A stretch of 64,000 nt of DNA from Candidatus Latescibacterota bacterium (GTDB lineage: Bacteria > Latescibacterota > UBA2968 > UBA8231). This document shows positions 62,287 through 64,000 of this stretch, one piece after another (the first letter of the stretch is position 1; each line of letters starts with the position of its first letter). Both the position numbers and the translations under genes were made by a program. The DNA is taken from contig OZ252098.1 of the NCBI GenBank assembly GCA_965248355.1, forward strand, positions 4,992,001 to 5,056,000, written 5' to 3'. The notes under the pieces are model-generated. The model ran no database searches. It was not told where the DNA came from and saw only the letters and a list, made by a program, of their open reading frames with translations.

Positions 62287-64000
62287 ATGAACCGTACAGC
62301 GCTGGCCGTCCTGGCCGCCCTCACCGCCGCCTGGGCCGTGGCCGCCGCCGCCGCCGACCTGAAAGGCACGATCACCGACGCCGATGGATCGCCGCTGCCG
62401 GGCGCCAACGTAGTCGTCACCGGAGGGGGCCTCGAACGGCCCCACGGCGCCGTCTCCGGGGCCGGCGGCAGCTACTCCGTCACCGCCCTGCCGCCCGGCA
62501 TGTACGAGGTCCGCGTCACCCACATCGGCTTCCGCACCGTGAAGCGGCCCCAGGTGCGCGTCGATCCCGCGGGGACGGCACTGGACTTCGAGCTCCAGGC
62601 CGCCGTCATCGACCTCGAGCAGAGCGTGGTCTCCGCCTCGCGGAGCCGGGAGAAGGCGCTCGACGCGCCGGCGTCGATCTCCATCGTCGAGACCGCCGAG
62701 ATCCAGGCGCGGCCGGCCCTCAGCGTCTCCGAGCACATCCGCGATCAGCCCGGCATCGACTTCGCCAAGACCGGGCTCGTGCAGAGCAACGTCGTGGCCC
62801 GCGGCTTCAACAACGTCTTCTCCGGGGCCCTGCTGACGATGACGGACAACCGCATCGCCCGCGTCCCCTCGCTGCGGGTCAACGCCCAGAACTTCATCCC
62901 CGTCACCAACCAGGACATCGAGCGCATCGAGGTCGTCCTCGGGCCGGGGTCGGCCCTCTACGGGCCGAACAGCGCCGACGGGGTCATGCACATCATCACG
63001 CGCTCGCCCTTCAACTCCGCCGGCACCGCGGTCTCCATCGGCGGCGGCGAGCGCTCCCTGGCCAGCGGCTCGATGCGCCACGCCGGGGTCGTCAACCCGA
63101 ACCTGGCCTACAAGATCTCGGCCCAGTACTACACCGGCACCGACTGGGCGTACGAGGATCCCGTGGAGGCCGCCGAGCGCCAGAAGGCGATCGCCGCCGG
63201 CGCCGATCCCGATGCCCTGCTCATCGGCGCCCGCGAGGAGAAGATCCAGCGCCAGAGCCTCGAGGCCCGGGTCGACGTGCGCCCGTCGGAGGACCTGACG
63301 GCGATCTTCACCTACGGGTACAACAAGGGGGACTACATCGAGCAGACCGGCCTCGGCGCCGGCCAGGCGGACGCCTGGACCTACCAGTTCCTCCAGGGCC
63401 GCGCCGTCTACGGGGACCTGTTCGTCCAGTACTACCGCAACCAGAGCGACGCCAACCACACCTACCTGCTGCGCACCGGCGAGCCCATCGTCGACCGGTC
63501 GACCCTGGACGTCTTCCAGGTGCAGCACGCCTGCGGGCTGGGCGCCCGCCAGCGCTTCACCTATGGCCTGGACGCCCAGTTCACCCGGCCCCGGACCGAG
63601 GGCACCATCCACGGCGGCAACGAGGAGGACGACGCCATCGACGAGGTCGGCGTCTACCTGCAGAGCGAGACCGGACTGAGCCGGCAGCTCGACCTCGTGC
63701 TCTCCCTGCGCTACGACAGCCACAGCCGCCTCGAGGACCCCGAGATCTCGCCGCGGGCGGGCCTCGTCTACAAGCCGCAGGAGACCCAGTCCTTCCGGCT
63801 CACCTGGAACCGCGCCTTCTCGACGCCCTCGACGAGCAATCTCTATCTCGATGTGCTCGCCCAGAAGGGCGTCTTCGCGCCGCTGGAGGCGTTCGCGCCC
63901 GTGCTGGGCTACAACCCCAACGTGGACGTGCGGGCTCAGGGGAGCTACCGCAAGGGCTTCGACGGCGGCTTCACCTTCCGGAGGGGCGCCGACGGGCGGG
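62287..64000 (+). CDS. TonB-dependent receptor, runs off the window (absent from the ORF track)
   Basis: GGAGG RBS; MNRTALAV signal peptide, carboxypeptidase-regulatory-like domain (LPGANVVV), VVSASR, plug motif IERIEVVLGPGSALYG, and barrel strands (LRYD, SPRAGLVYKP). Confidence 0.92.
   Translation, partial: MNRTALAVLAALTAAWAVAAAAADLKGTITDADGSPLPGANVVVTGGGLERPHGAVSGAGGSYSVTALPPGMYEVRVTHIGFRTVKRPQVRVDPAGTALDFELQAAVIDLEQSVVSASRSREKALDAPASISIVETAEIQARPALSVSEHIRDQPGIDFAKTGLVQSNVVARGFNNVFSGALLTMTDNRIARVPSLRVNAQNFIPVTNQDIERIEVVLGPGSALYGPNSADGVMHIITRSPFNSAGTAVSIGGGERSLASGSMRHAGVVNPNLAYKISAQYYTGTDWAYEDPVEAAERQKAIAAGADPDALLIGAREEKIQRQSLEARVDVRPSEDLTAIFTYGYNKGDYIEQTGLGAGQADAWTYQFLQGRAVYGDLFVQYYRNQSDANHTYLLRTGEPIVDRSTLDVFQVQHACGLGARQRFTYGLDAQFTRPRTEGTIHGGNEEDDAIDEVGVYLQSETGLSRQLDLVLSLRYDSHSRLEDPEISPRAGLVYKPQETQSFRLTWNRAFSTPSTSNLYLDVLAQKGVFAPLEAFAPVLGYNPNVDVRAQGSYRKGFDGGFTFRRGADGR

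Overview
GC-rich bacterial chromosome segment. Gene content (PorU/PorV, several T9SS C-terminal sorting domains, a TonB-dependent receptor, tilS-ftsH-folP-cdaA) points to an FCB-group diderm outside classical Bacteroidota, possibly Latescibacterota-like; this placement is inference. Layout: 1-11.7 kb, T9SS locus (porU, porV, CTD-bearing cargo, a peptidase/PD40/Omp85-type protein). 11.7-18 kb, minus-strand lexA-glycerate kinase-porV-like-era-purD-folB-folK. 18.7-24.7 kb, a 1979-aa FN3 lipoprotein with six apparently identical 612-bp repeats of anomalous G/T-rich composition. 24.7-29.8 kb, tilS-ftsH-folP-cdaA. 29.8-39.5 kb, an ARG-box-controlled argRBDH operon running into three enolase-superfamily paralogues and an M20 hydrolase. 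Then ligA, and a decaying accessory zone at 41.6-52.2 kb (broken GIY-YIG gene, MNT-HEPN toxin-antitoxin pair, PQQ-dehydrogenase/diheme/CTD fusion, PhyH, several gene remnants). The window ends with cyoE, mobA, larB, parAB, ppdK and a TonB-dependent receptor. No rRNA, tRNA, CRISPR array or intact transposase was seen. All family calls are from motif recognition by eye; no searches were run.
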